Source of the DNA: Patescibacteria group bacterium
GTDB taxonomy: Bacteria > Patescibacteriota > Minisyncoccia > Phycocordibacterales > Phycocordibacteraceae
Direction of reading: 5' to 3'
Length of the DNA: 64,000 bases
Assembly: GCA_040388985.1 (NCBI GenBank)
Contig: JAZKAU010000002.1
Span: forward strand, 311,642-375,641
Shown: positions 31,567 through 41,080 of the stretch, piece after piece
How the letters are laid out: each line of letters opens with the position of its first letter
How positions within the stretch are numbered: the stretch's first letter is position 1
Notes under the pieces: generated by a model
Seen by the model: the letters and a program-made list of their open reading frames with translations, nothing else
Database searches by the model: none
What the model was told of the DNA's origin: nothing
Program-made: the position numbers and the translations under genes

Positions 31567-32322
31567 ATGAACCAGACTACTAAACGAACAGCGATCCTCT
31601 ACCGAATGGTGCTACCAGACCATACCTGTCCGTATGGCCTGAAGGCTCGATGGCTTCTAAGGAAGCGCGGGTATGAAATCGATGATCAAATACTTCACAC
31701 CCGTCATGAAGTGGATGCGTTCAAAGCAGAATACTCTGTAGAATCGACACCTCAAATCTTCATTAACGACAAAAGAATTCGTGGGTATGATGACTTGCGT
31801 AAATCGTTAGGCATGAAGGTGCGCGATCCTAAGGGTACGACGTATACGCCCGTTGTTGTAGTGTTTGTTACCACAGCTCTCATGGCTTTGGCAGTGAGCT
31901 ACGCAACATACGGAGACCTGCTTACACTGCAAACGGTTCAGTGGTTCATCGCGCTCTCAATGATGGTACTCGGCATGCTCAAGCTCCAAGACATTGAAAG
32001 CTTCTCCAGTATGTTCCTGAACTATGATCTGCTTGCTCGTCGCTGGGTTCGGTATGGATATATATACCCATATGCAGAACTTGGAGCGGGAGCACTCATG
32101 GTGGCAGGCGCATTGTCTTGGCTATCAATTCCAGTTGCCCTGCTCATTGGAATCATTGGTGCAGTATCTGTATTCAAGGCCGTCTACATCGACAAGCGAG
32201 AACTCAAATGTGCCTGTGTCGGTGGAAACAGTAATGTTCCGCTCGGCTTCCTATCTCTCACTGAGAATCTCATGATGATAGCGATGGCTCTATGGATGCT
32301 GATAATGATTGGAATGCATTAG
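31567..32322 (+). CDS. Glutaredoxin plus MauE/DoxX-like membrane protein
   Basis: CPYG, TPQIFI, KCACVGG, LTENLMM. Confidence 0.85.
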   Translation: MNQTTKRTAILYRMVLPDHTCPYGLKARWLLRKRGYEIDDQILHTRHEVDAFKAEYSVESTPQIFINDKRIRGYDDLRKSLGMKVRDPKGTTYTPVVVVFVTTALMALAVSYATYGDLLTLQTVQWFIALSMMVLGMLKLQDIESFSSMFLNYDLLARRWVRYGYIYPYAELGAGALMVAGALSWLSIPVALLIGIIGAVSVFKAVYIDKRELKCACVGGNSNVPLGFLSLTENLMMIAMALWMLIMIGMH

Positions 32323-32340
32323 TGTTCTACAAATCAAAAT

Positions 32341-32374
32341 ATGCAAAAGGCCGCTATATAGCGGCCTTTTGCAT
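32341..32374. terminator. Bidirectional terminator hairpin
   Basis: ATGCAAAAGGCCGCTA-TA-TAGCGGCCTTTTGCAT between convergent genes. Confidence 0.8.
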
Positions 32375-32384
32375 TAGGATGCTA

Positions 32385-33707
32385 CTAATTAATCGCCAGA
32401 GTAATTTTCTTGTCATTAATAAGAAGTTTACCCTTTAAACATCCAAGTAATTCCCGCTTTTCTATGTCCGCTCCTTCTCTTAAGAGGTATTTAGCGTAAT
32501 TTCGTATATCTACATCTACTATCTCAATTTTGGTCTTTGTGCCTAGAATAGCTTGCTGGAACTTCTTAAACCTCTCAACCTCAGCTTTTATCTTTTCCTT
32601 AATACCAATCTCGTCGATATCAATGGTATCCATAAGAGCGATGAATTGTTCTATAAGATCCGTCTCATTTATATAGCCTGATTTACAATTCACATCTTTG
32701 CCTTTGCCGCAGCCGTAATAGACGTGGCGGTGAACATTTCCGTTCTTTTGCTTCTTAAATTTCTCGTCAGCCGAGATACTTGAACCGCATAGGCCACACT
32801 CCATAAGACGAGTGAAGGCAAATTCTTTAGTCTCGGAACGGATCACTTGGCTCTTTACTTGTTCCTGAACGAGGTCAAACAGCTCTTTAGAAATAAGGGG
32901 TTCGTGCTTTCCTTGATACCAACGGCCTGAATTCTTCGGGTATTCAAATACTCCGTAGTAGAAGGGATTTTGGAGAAGAATATAAATATTACTCAAACTC
33001 AGGTTCTTGTTCCCGGCGGCTGTCTTAAAATTAAGCTCGAATTTGAGCCAGTTATATACCTTACGTCCGCTCCATTTTTCATATGCTACTTTCTCGAACA
33101 TCTTCCTAATTACCATTGCTCTATCTGGGTCGAGAATGCTCTGACACTTCCTATCCAGTCGCTGTTCTTTCAGATAGCCGGTAGGGGCACGTCCCGGCAG
33201 TAGTCCCATTTCTACTCTCGTCTTTAAACCTCTCTTTACATTAATACTCTTGTTGTCGTTCTCGAGCTTTGCTTGAGAACACAGAATCATCAGGAGGAAC
33301 TTCTCGTTAGGGGAGTTCCTGAAGTGTTGTCCGTAAGTACGAATTTCAAGGAGTAGCTTCTGATCCATCAGATCTACGAGTGTTCCTAAGTCTCCAGCAT
33401 TTCTACTCAAACGGTCAGGTGCCCAAGTTAGTACGGCGTTAAAGCGTCCGCGTCGTATATCTTCGAGTAGTTCTTGATATACAGGTCGTTGTCCTGAATC
33501 CTTTGCTGAATGCGACTCTCTCCGAATATCTACTATCTCTAGATTCTCCCGCTCAGCGATTTGAAGCATTTCCTTAATCTGCGAATCTATGGAAAGAGCT
33601 TGCTTCTCATCGGACTCGGTAGATTTTCGGGCGTATAAGCAGTATCTAATTTTCTCTTCTATAATGACGGGTGATAATCCTATCTGTGAGGTTTCTAAAG
33701 TTTGCAT
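32385..33707 (-). CDS. Large serine recombinase (resolvase + recombinase + Zn ribbon)
   Basis: YARKS catalytic Ser, DRLSRN, NPFYYG, HEPLIS, CGLCG..YYGC..C. Confidence 0.93.
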   Translation of the reverse strand: MQTLETSQIGLSPVIIEEKIRYCLYARKSTESDEKQALSIDSQIKEMLQIAERENLEIVDIRRESHSAKDSGQRPVYQELLEDIRRGRFNAVLTWAPDRLSRNAGDLGTLVDLMDQKLLLEIRTYGQHFRNSPNEKFLLMILCSQAKLENDNKSINVKRGLKTRVEMGLLPGRAPTGYLKEQRLDRKCQSILDPDRAMVIRKMFEKVAYEKWSGRKVYNWLKFELNFKTAAGNKNLSLSNIYILLQNPFYYGVFEYPKNSGRWYQGKHEPLISKELFDLVQEQVKSQVIRSETKEFAFTRLMECGLCGSSISADEKFKKQKNGNVHRHVYYGCGKGKDVNCKSGYINETDLIEQFIALMDTIDIDEIGIKEKIKAEVERFKKFQQAILGTKTKIEIVDVDIRNYAKYLLREGADIEKRELLGCLKGKLLINDKKITLAIN

Positions 33708-33711
33708 ATAG

Positions 33712-34014
33712 TTATTTCAATTTACTTAATGCTTCGGCACGAAGTCTTCCCATATCTCGGAGTACACCTAAATATACTTTCCGGCTCCTGTCCGTACCTT
33801 GGTGCGTATTGAGCCAGTCGATCAACTCGTCTGGTACGTATGTAGCAAGAGAGCTATAGGAAACTATCAACTCTTCAATCCTTTCAAGGATTGCTCGCTT
33901 TAAATCCTTCTTGGAGTGGGGAAGCAGAGAGATTCTATTCAGATAGGCACTGTCGGCTTCTTTCTTAAAACGATAATGATCTGCGGTATCCAATATTTCG
34001 TCCCTGTCCTCCAC
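33712..34014 (-). CDS. Hypothetical protein
   Basis: 100-aa ORF ending 4 nt before the recombinase start. Confidence 0.55.
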   Translation of the reverse strand: MEDRDEILDTADHYRFKKEADSAYLNRISLLPHSKKDLKRAILERIEELIVSYSSLATYVPDELIDWLNTHQGTDRSRKVYLGVLRDMGRLRAEALSKLK

Positions 34015-34326
34015 CTATTAATTGATGCCAGACTGGTGGCTGGTGCATAGTCTATGCAGAACTAGTCTTTCGTCGCATGGTCGCGAAGGCCTTAGCAAAG
34101 GGTAGGAACTGCGATAATATGAAGAAGTAGTACAGGGCTATGTATTACCTCAATATGGCCTAAACCGAGCAATTGCCCGGCATGGCCGAATAACCGCGAC
34201 CAGCATAGAAAACCCGTCATCAGGGCGCTGGTCGCGTTACCAGGGGAAACTCTGGTATGTCCTTCGGGACTCCTGGTGGCGGGTTTTGTGCTACCCACCA
34301 GAATTACAAATCGCGACCAGCAACAT

Positions 34327-34806
34327 ATGAATGACTCAACCGAGAGTGAGAAATCTGCTCTACAAAAACCTATTAGCGAGCTATGGAAAACCAGTCCTGT
34401 AACTCGAGTTACCACTGTTGTAGTGGTGCTTATACTGATCCTTATAGTTTGGGGTTCTGGAACACCAGCTCCAACATATCAATATCAGTATGTTCCAGAT
34501 ACGAGTTCTCAGCCTGCTGTAAGTACAACGGGAACGTATCAAGAAGTGCTTACGTTCTCTGGCAATGGACCTAAGCGGTCAGAGCCATTTACCATTATAG
34601 GTAGCCGATTCAAGATTACTTATGATTGTAAGGCTATGTATTGCGGCGCGTTCGTATTCAACACAAGCGATCAGATGCCAAGAGCGCTTATGAATAGCCC
34701 TGAGGCAGTAAGCGATGAAACTGTGTTCTACGGTAGCGGCCAATACTACATTGATACCAATATAGTGAATGGAAGTTATACGATGACGGTATACGACTAT
34801 AAATAG
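34327..34806 (+). CDS. Single-TM exported beta-rich protein
   Basis: TM VVVVLILILIVW; FSGNGPKRSEPF..GQYYI. Confidence 0.65.
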   Translation: MNDSTESEKSALQKPISELWKTSPVTRVTTVVVVLILILIVWGSGTPAPTYQYQYVPDTSSQPAVSTTGTYQEVLTFSGNGPKRSEPFTIIGSRFKITYDCKAMYCGAFVFNTSDQMPRALMNSPEAVSDETVFYGSGQYYIDTNIVNGSYTMTVYDYK

Positions 34807-34818
34807 TCTCCAGTTAAT

Positions 34819-36270
34819 TTAAAAGAATCGGGGCACAGCTGGAGGATTGTTGACTGTGTGTAGTACAAGCATCGAAAAGGCATCGGCTAGGTCATCATGC
34901 TTTTCGACACCGAAGTGTACCAGCTGTTGAATTAGCTGTTCCGCGCCTTCTCTTGGGAAAAGGATTGTGCCATTCTTAATTAGATTTGCGGTTAACATGA
35001 GTCGACTGCGCTTGTCTGACCCTGGGTGAATAGTCTCTACTTGCCAAATACCTTCGGTAATAAGCTGCTCGGCCATAGCCCTCTGATACCCAACATCTTC
35101 GATAAGAAATGTGGCTTGTTGTCTATCCTCGTCCATATATGTCTGGTGAAGGATCTTGCAGGTATTTACTGTTTCGGGAAAATCCATTCTCCTGTTTACG
35201 ATCTTAGGCAGGATATATATGCAGTAGTCATTCTCTCGTTCATACAATAGCGCAGGAACCATGGCGGTGTAGTCCGCCGTATCCCTCTTGGATATCGCAA
35301 GATCTACTCCAATATGGAGCTCTGTATGCGTTGTGTAATATTCGTCCAACTGTGTTGATGGAGGAATCGTATCGTAGTACTGAATCCAGGCGCGATCGAT
35401 AACTTGATCTTCGGCAGGAACGATATTTAAGAGATATTCTCTCTGCCAAGCATATTCGTTAGAAGCTTTACGGCGTTCCTCCTCAACATCCTCCATGGTT
35501 GGATATTTGCCTGGCCATAGCACCTGACTTCTGTCGATAAGTGGATAAGACTTAAAAACACCCACCATGCTCTCTGTTTCCACATCTTCTTTAAGTCTCA
35601 TCATGAGTGAATCCTCGTGAAGGAGGTTTCCGATAATGATCATGCGCGTAGTACGGTCTCCGGTCGGTATAACTTCACCCGTTAGCCATTCATAGGTCTT
35701 ATTACGTCCCTCGCGTGTTTTCGTCGAAGCGATATCTTCAAGGTCGTCTCCAATAATAAGATCTGGTCTGTGTTGGTTGTGACGCAAGCCTCGGATGCTT
35801 TGTTCGGAAGAGACGGTTGTGATACGGGCATTGGTTTCAGCAAATACGAGTGAGGAAGCTCCCCATTCGTTATGCTCTTCTTGAAACGGACCAAGATCGT
35901 TCTTAAGGAGTATATTTCCCTCAAGCTCGCGTCGTAGGTTCATCATATGTTGCTTTGCTTGCGCCTGGGTCTGCGCGAGTATTAGCACGAACTTCTTCTG
36001 TGGCTGTCCAAGGATTGCCCAAAGCGGATATGACATAGTGAAGATCGTAGACTTTGCCGACCCACGAAATGCGACTATGAAGAGGTTTCTGATGTTTTCT
36101 TGTTCAGACAGATGAATCAGTTCTCGTTGGAAGGGAGCGGTAGGGTACTTTACATAGTGTGCGAAGTAGAAGTGGAAGAACATGAAGTGGCTTTGCCGAG
36201 TGATTGCTGAGCGAACATTACGGTCACTAAACATTTTCTCGGCAAGTTCTGGTGGCAGATGCTCATTCAT
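34819..36270 (-). CDS. Phage terminase large subunit-like protein
   Basis: AFRGSAKST Walker A, LIIGDDLE Walker B, GVDLAIS..DYTA and HDDLADA nuclease motifs. Confidence 0.88.
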   Translation of the reverse strand: MNEHLPPELAEKMFSDRNVRSAITRQSHFMFFHFYFAHYVKYPTAPFQRELIHLSEQENIRNLFIVAFRGSAKSTIFTMSYPLWAILGQPQKKFVLILAQTQAQAKQHMMNLRRELEGNILLKNDLGPFQEEHNEWGASSLVFAETNARITTVSSEQSIRGLRHNQHRPDLIIGDDLEDIASTKTREGRNKTYEWLTGEVIPTGDRTTRMIIIGNLLHEDSLMMRLKEDVETESMVGVFKSYPLIDRSQVLWPGKYPTMEDVEEERRKASNEYAWQREYLLNIVPAEDQVIDRAWIQYYDTIPPSTQLDEYYTTHTELHIGVDLAISKRDTADYTAMVPALLYERENDYCIYILPKIVNRRMDFPETVNTCKILHQTYMDEDRQQATFLIEDVGYQRAMAEQLITEGIWQVETIHPGSDKRSRLMLTANLIKNGTILFPREGAEQLIQQLVHFGVEKHDDLADAFSMLVLHTVNNPPAVPRFF

Positions 36271-36682
36271 CTTGGTCTTGGATAGGGCTCTCTAAGTTTG
36301 CTGGTTCAGGAAGAGAGAAGGAGGCAAGTCGAAGTGCTTCGCGTACCACTTCTTCTTGTTCAGGAGTAAGTTCTTCCTTTGGTTTCGTAGTCGTCACCTC
36401 CAGACGATCGCGATACTTGGGACTGCGCTTACGGAGCCAGAAGGATATGGCGTTCCAGTTCTTGTCGCGGATCATACTAATGAGCTGGCTTTCGCTCATG
36501 TCGTTGATCAGTTCCTCGCCTTCGCCTAACGCTATGTCCATCGATTTACGGAACTCAGGATCTTCGTTTTTCCAGCGATAGACGCTATTGCGCGATACTC
36601 CAACTTTTTCGCAGGCGACCTGGACGATAGGGACTTTCCGGAGATGATCCAGGAACGCGTCTTTGACCTTATTCTTTTTCAT
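36263..36682 (-). CDS. HTH protein, terminase small subunit-like
   Basis: VACEKVGVSRNSVYRWKNEDPEF; overlaps both neighbouring genes. Confidence 0.75.
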   Translation of the reverse strand: MKKNKVKDAFLDHLRKVPIVQVACEKVGVSRNSVYRWKNEDPEFRKSMDIALGEGEELINDMSESQLISMIRDKNWNAISFWLRKRSPKYRDRLEVTTTKPKEELTPEQEEVVREALRLASFSLPEPANLESPIQDQDE

Positions 36683-37958
36683 GCGCGTTTCCGGTTACTT
36701 TTGCTTTGTTTCCCGTAAGCTTTTCGTACCGCTTAATAGCGAGATCGCAGAAGGCAGGCTCAAGTTCTACGGCGTAGACGCGGCGCTTCAACTGCTCGGC
36801 GGCAATCATCGTACTTCCTGAGCCAGAGAAGCTATCGAGAATAATCTCGCCTGGCTTCGTACAGCGACGAATAGCCTTCTCATGAAGCTTAGGGGGCTTC
36901 GAGGTTGCGTGTTCATAATCTTTCCCAGAGAGTCGCTTTACGAGCCACACATCGAGATGATCGAGCGTCTCCTCAATGAGGTTGTTTCCAGTCGTAATCT
37001 CCTTATTGAGTACTTCGTTCAGGTTCTGAATGCTCTTGGCTATATACGGTTTACCTCGCAGTCCATAAACGCAGGGTTCGTAGCATTTATTGAACGCGAC
37101 AGACGGCACCGGATTCTGCGAGTTCTTGAGCCATAGACACACACGCTTATTCGCTATACCGAGTTCGCGGTACAGCTCCTGCATGAGACCGATATAGATC
37201 TGATCGCACCAGTAGAAGACATGCGTATCCGGCTTCGCTACCGAAAGGGCAGCGATCATCGTCTTTGTTATGAATTCCTTATACTCGCTGTCAGTGCGAG
37301 TATCGAGGACGTTTCCTCCATAGTTCTGCTTGCCCCCAATCCCCCCGTTGTAGTCGATATTGATGTTGTATGGTGGATCGCTATAGATCATTGACGCGCG
37401 TTCCTCTCCGAAGAGGTGACCGAGTACCCTTGGGTCAGTTGAACTCCCGCAAATAAGACGATGGCCACCAAGCTGAATGAGGTCTCCAATCTTAGTTTTT
37501 GGCTCCTTGATCTGCTTCAGCTCCTTCTCTTCGTCGAATTCGTCATTCTCTGTCTCCAAGTTCTCCGTCCAGACATTCGAGAGGTCGATGTCGCTAAAGC
37601 CAACATCAGACAGGAAGTCCATCTCGAAGAACTTCAATTTCTCGAAGTCCCATTCTCCGGTGTTGCGGTTAAGGCGAAGGTTCAGTTCCTGTTCCTTCCT
37701 CAGGCTTGGAATCTGGACGTACACGACTGGTACAGTCTTGTGTCCCAATTCCTTAGCGGCACGAAGGCGCATGTGACCACCAATAACGATGTTCTTGCGC
37801 TTCGGTGCACCATTCACGATTACAGGATCTACCAGCTCGAAGCGAGAGATACTCTCTTTAAGCTGGGTAAGCGCCTCCTTGGAGATCTTGCGAGGGTTGT
37901 ACTCGGCAGGCTTTAAGTCTCCGACCGGTACGTACACAATATTTAGTTCTTTGTTCAT
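36669..37958 (-). CDS. ParB N-terminal domain plus DNA amino-methyltransferase
   Basis: LKPAEYNPR, GGHMRL; DPPY, HATSKP, DSFSGSGST. Confidence 0.92.
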   Translation of the reverse strand: MNKELNIVYVPVGDLKPAEYNPRKISKEALTQLKESISRFELVDPVIVNGAPKRKNIVIGGHMRLRAAKELGHKTVPVVYVQIPSLRKEQELNLRLNRNTGEWDFEKLKFFEMDFLSDVGFSDIDLSNVWTENLETENDEFDEEKELKQIKEPKTKIGDLIQLGGHRLICGSSTDPRVLGHLFGEERASMIYSDPPYNINIDYNGGIGGKQNYGGNVLDTRTDSEYKEFITKTMIAALSVAKPDTHVFYWCDQIYIGLMQELYRELGIANKRVCLWLKNSQNPVPSVAFNKCYEPCVYGLRGKPYIAKSIQNLNEVLNKEITTGNNLIEETLDHLDVWLVKRLSGKDYEHATSKPPKLHEKAIRRCTKPGEIILDSFSGSGSTMIAAEQLKRRVYAVELEPAFCDLAIKRYEKLTGNKAKVTGNAHEKE

Positions 37959-38007
37959 ATTCCTTTGAAACAGTTATGTTCAATAAGGATGTATGGAAAT
38001 AGAAAAG

Positions 38008-38072
38008 GCCTATTCCACACACGAAAAGAGAAGAGGTTCAATGCCTCAACTCATTTCTTGCGCGGAATAGGC
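38008..38072 (-). promoter_or_regulatory. Long imperfect RNA hairpin in the leader of the ParB-MTase/terminase operon
   Basis: GCCTATTCC/GGAATAGGC arms; several plus-strand A-C mismatches read as G-U pairs on the minus strand; U-rich tail follows. Confidence 0.55.
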
Positions 38073-38124
38073 ATGGCCGGGAGGCGATACGCTACTCTAC
38101 TTTTTACTACGCTATATCACTATT

Positions 38125-38532
38125 CTATTCCTCTCGCTTTTTCTTCGCAAGGCCTCGAAGCACTCGCTTACCATTTTTACTGTTCAGGAACTCCACAGTA
38201 TCCTTTCCCGGTCCCACTGGAACGCCTGCACGGTCAAAAGAGAGAAGGACTTTATATCCTTTAGACTCTTGATCCCGTACATAATTCACAAAATCTGGAT
38301 CCTCCTTAAGACGATTGATTGCGTACGCGCGTGAATCCATTAGTGCGAGCAAGTCAATTGGCCCGTAAATGCGACCTGGTTGCCCTGCATCAACTGCTTT
38401 TCGTATTTTATTTCCGACTGAAGGAGTGGCAGTCTTTGCCGCAGTATGGAACGCTCCGTCAGTGATATGAATCGTGACATATTTCCGTCCCTTTTTAAGG
38501 ACGGCGGGATTTAGATCAAGCCGATATTCCAT
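38125..38532 (-). CDS. Hypothetical protein
   Basis: Start MEYRLDL with TATAAT 7 nt upstream; divergent from the CD-NTase. Confidence 0.6.
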   Translation of the reverse strand: MEYRLDLNPAVLKKGRKYVTIHITDGAFHTAAKTATPSVGNKIRKAVDAGQPGRIYGPIDLLALMDSRAYAINRLKEDPDFVNYVRDQESKGYKVLLSFDRAGVPVGPGKDTVEFLNSKNGKRVLRGLAKKKREE

Positions 38533-38595
38533 ACCAGTATTATACTCTTCTCCTATTTGCTCGCTATATAACCTGGGCTGTAATAAAATAGCGTT

Positions 38596-39489
38596 ATGTC
38601 TTGGGAAGATACTTTTATTACCTGGTCCGCACCACCCAGCCTCACTGAACGTGAGAAGATGGAAAATGCTGAAACGGCAATACGTAAAGCCGTTGCCGCA
38701 AACACTCGTTTGAGTCAAATGGATGTGTCCATCATCCCGCAAGGTTCTTATCGTTCAAAGACAAATGTAAGATTGGACAGTGACGTCGATATTGCAGTAT
38801 GTCTAAATTCGACGTTCTTCACGCAATATCCTGCTGGTAAAGTACACGAAGATTTTGGAAATAGTAGCTCGGAAGAAATTACTTTTCCTGAATTTCGCGG
38901 TCTAGTACAAGTCGCCCTAGATGACTATTTTGGCTCTGCACAAGTAACGCCAGGAAATAAGGCCTTTGATATCCATTCAAATAATTATCGAGTTGATGCT
39001 GATGTGGTAGCTACATTCGCACATCGCCATTACTTCGAGAACGGTCTATTTATAGAACCAGCAGGAGTAGCATTTCTTACGCGCGACACTTCAAAAAGAA
39101 TTGAGAATTGGCCACATCAAGCCTACGAAAACGGAAAAGATAAACATGATAGAACAGGTCGTCGGCACCGGAAAATGGTTCGCATCCTAAAACGTCTTCG
39201 CAATAAGATGCAGGCAGAAGGTTATGAAGAAGCAAACGACATCTCCTCGTATCTCATTGAAAGCATGGTCTGGAATGCCGCCGACCAGTCTTTTAATCAC
39301 ACAACTTATACTGAAGATGTTCGAGCTGTATTAGCATACTGCTTCAATGAGACCCTGCCTGCGGGAAGCCACGGATCTCTTGTTGAATCGAATGATATTA
39401 AGTACCTCTTCCATGTAACTCAGCCGTGGACGCGCGAACAGGCTCACAAATTCTTTTCTGCCGCATGGAATTATTTAGGCTTCCAATAA
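38596..39489 (+). CDS. CBASS cyclic dinucleotide synthase (CD-NTase, CdnE-like)
   Basis: QGSYRSKTNVRLDSDVDI, GNKAFDI, VDADVV, NWP..YENG, SYLIESMVWN. Confidence 0.9.
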   Translation: MSWEDTFITWSAPPSLTEREKMENAETAIRKAVAANTRLSQMDVSIIPQGSYRSKTNVRLDSDVDIAVCLNSTFFTQYPAGKVHEDFGNSSSEEITFPEFRGLVQVALDDYFGSAQVTPGNKAFDIHSNNYRVDADVVATFAHRHYFENGLFIEPAGVAFLTRDTSKRIENWPHQAYENGKDKHDRTGRRHRKMVRILKRLRNKMQAEGYEEANDISSYLIESMVWNAADQSFNHTTYTEDVRAVLAYCFNETLPAGSHGSLVESNDIKYLFHVTQPWTREQAHKFFSAAWNYLGFQ

Positions 39490-39491
39490 GT

Positions 39492-40118
39492 ATGGAAAAG
39501 GTAAACGGGAAGGTACAGATGTATGTTCAAATAATTACTTTTCTTTTTGTTTGGATTCTCGTACTTATATTTACGCAACCAAACCAGACTTGGGATTTAA
39601 TAAATGCACTCAAAGAAGTACCAACGGCCATATCTATATATGCTGTCCTAAGTCTTTTATTTGTTAAATGGCTTTGGCGTATTCCAATCCTTCATCCGTG
39701 GTTAGTGAAAATACCTAATCTTAACGGTACATGGCGAGGTGTTTTAAAAAGCGATTGGGTCAATCCTGTAACAGGAAAGAATATTGAGCCAATACCTGTT
39801 CTTCTTACGATTAAGCAAGATTTCTCTAATCTACATTGCGTATTGATGACAAAGGAGTCAACAAGTTACAGTGTTGTCGCAGATATTAATTTTGGACTTG
39901 GGGGAGATACGTCCTGTCTTAGCTACACTTATACAAATCGATCCAAAGCATCAATCCGAGATAGAAGTCCAATACATGACGGCGCCGCAATTCTTAAGAT
40001 TATTAAGAATCCACAGATTTCCTTAGAGGGAGAATACTGGACAAGCAGAAAAACGAAAGGAGATATCAATGTCATTCTAGAATCAAGAAAGATAGTAGAA
40101 AGTTACATAGAAGTGTAA
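39492..40118 (+). CDS. CBASS effector Cap15-like (SMODS-associated 2TM beta-barrel)
   Basis: Two TM helices, WLWR, PNLNGTWRG, TKESTS, YTYTN, HDGAA, LEGEYWT. Confidence 0.85.
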   Translation: MEKVNGKVQMYVQIITFLFVWILVLIFTQPNQTWDLINALKEVPTAISIYAVLSLLFVKWLWRIPILHPWLVKIPNLNGTWRGVLKSDWVNPVTGKNIEPIPVLLTIKQDFSNLHCVLMTKESTSYSVVADINFGLGGDTSCLSYTYTNRSKASIRDRSPIHDGAAILKIIKNPQISLEGEYWTSRKTKGDINVILESRKIVESYIEV

Positions 40119-40150
40119 CTTTCTACGTGACACTCAAAACCTCATTCCTG

Positions 40151-40266
40151 TGTCACTTTTGTCACTTTCCTAGGTGCACGAGACGCGTCGTTTTGGATTC
40201 TGAAAACTCACCAAACGGACTAAGCAGGGCTTGGTTCTAGACGGTTCGAACTCGAGACGGCCAGCA
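40151..40266 (+). repeat. Element right-end repeat, copy 1 (~116 bp)
   Basis: TGTCACTTTTGTCACTTT..GCACGAGACGCGTCGTTTT..CACCAAACGGACTAAGC..ACGGTTCGAAC..GAGACGGCCAGCA; matches 41839-41954. Confidence 0.85.
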
Positions 40267-40434
40267 ACGTATGGAAGCCGCCCGGGAGGGCGGTTTTCAC
40301 GTTGCTGCGGGAAGCGAGTGTGGGGCACTCGCGTCTAGGACTCGAAGCTGTTACGAGTATTTCTCAGGAGTCCTCCGAACTGAGAAATCCGCAACGGATA
40401 CTGCTCCGTAGGAGAGAGGCCAGTCCCGCAGCCA
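40262..40434 (+). other. tRNA-Gln-associated element: split antisense copy of the tRNA 3' end plus direct repeat
   Basis: GCTGCGGGA (40304-40312), A, hairpin 40314-40332, GT, CTAGGACTCGAA (40335-40346); tRNA end repeated from 40422. Confidence 0.82.
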
Positions 40435-40508
40435 ACTCGTGCTAGGTTCGGACGCACGAGATGCGTAGTCTCGACTTAAGACACACAACTTTACTGTCGT
40501 GGACGTAC

Positions 40509-40775
40509 TTAGCTTATCCCGGCGTCCTCACGCCACCTCTTAAGAGCAAACTGATAATAATCAGGTATCCACTTTCTGTTACAGGTATCGAACAGCTCCC
40601 AGAAAAAATCTTGCGATTCTTTAGTGTGTGGATTTTCTAAATAGCCTCGAAGTTCCTCATCCTTAACTGCTGATAGAGCCTCTTTAGAGGCGGTGCGCAC
40701 AAGTCCATATATCATAGTGAGAGGCCGTGTGTCAGTTGTGAAGTCGTTCCCATCTCTAGAATTAGTAAAGTTCAT
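40509..40775 (-). CDS. Hypothetical protein
   Basis: ATGA overlap with the YerC-like gene. Confidence 0.55.
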   Translation of the reverse strand: MNFTNSRDGNDFTTDTRPLTMIYGLVRTASKEALSAVKDEELRGYLENPHTKESQDFFWELFDTCNRKWIPDYYQFALKRWREDAGIS

Positions 40776-41080
40776 GCCTCCGGCATATACGTTGAATACC
40801 CATGATGAAGTCGGCTAATAACTGTTTTGTATCCACCTTCTTTACCGTTAAGCCACTTAGAAACGCGCGCTACCGTGGTCGAGCTTAACCCGGTCTGCTT
40901 TTCAATAACTGCGTAGGAAATATTTTGGGTGAGCATTTGAGCTGCCTGAAGCCTCTTTCCGAATTCCGCGATCTCCTTTTCTGTCATAAGGTCACGCAGA
41001 AAGCGACGAGCTTCATTCTCGCTTTTAAGTGACAGTATTGCTTCCAGTAGCGTCCTGGCCTCCTTGCTGTTCCAGTTCAT
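40772..41080 (-). CDS. YerC/YecD (TrpR-related) regulator
   Basis: FLRDLMTEKEI..RLQAAQML..TGLSSTTVARVSKWL..GGY. Confidence 0.9.
   Translation of the reverse strand: MNWNSKEARTLLEAILSLKSENEARRFLRDLMTEKEIAEFGKRLQAAQMLTQNISYAVIEKQTGLSSTTVARVSKWLNGKEGGYKTVISRLHHGYSTYMPEA

Larger units (their letters stand above)
24006..40448. mobile_element. Genomic island integrated at tRNA-Gln (~16.4 kb)
   Basis: Identical 27-mer AGTCCCGCAGCCAACTCGTGCTAGGTT at 24006-24032 and 40422-40448; contains recombinase, terminase, CBASS and metal genes; visibly more AT-rich than the core genes. Confidence 0.85.

Noticed and set aside
24019-40266. Intact prophage
   Set aside because: No portal, capsid, tail or lysis genes recognised
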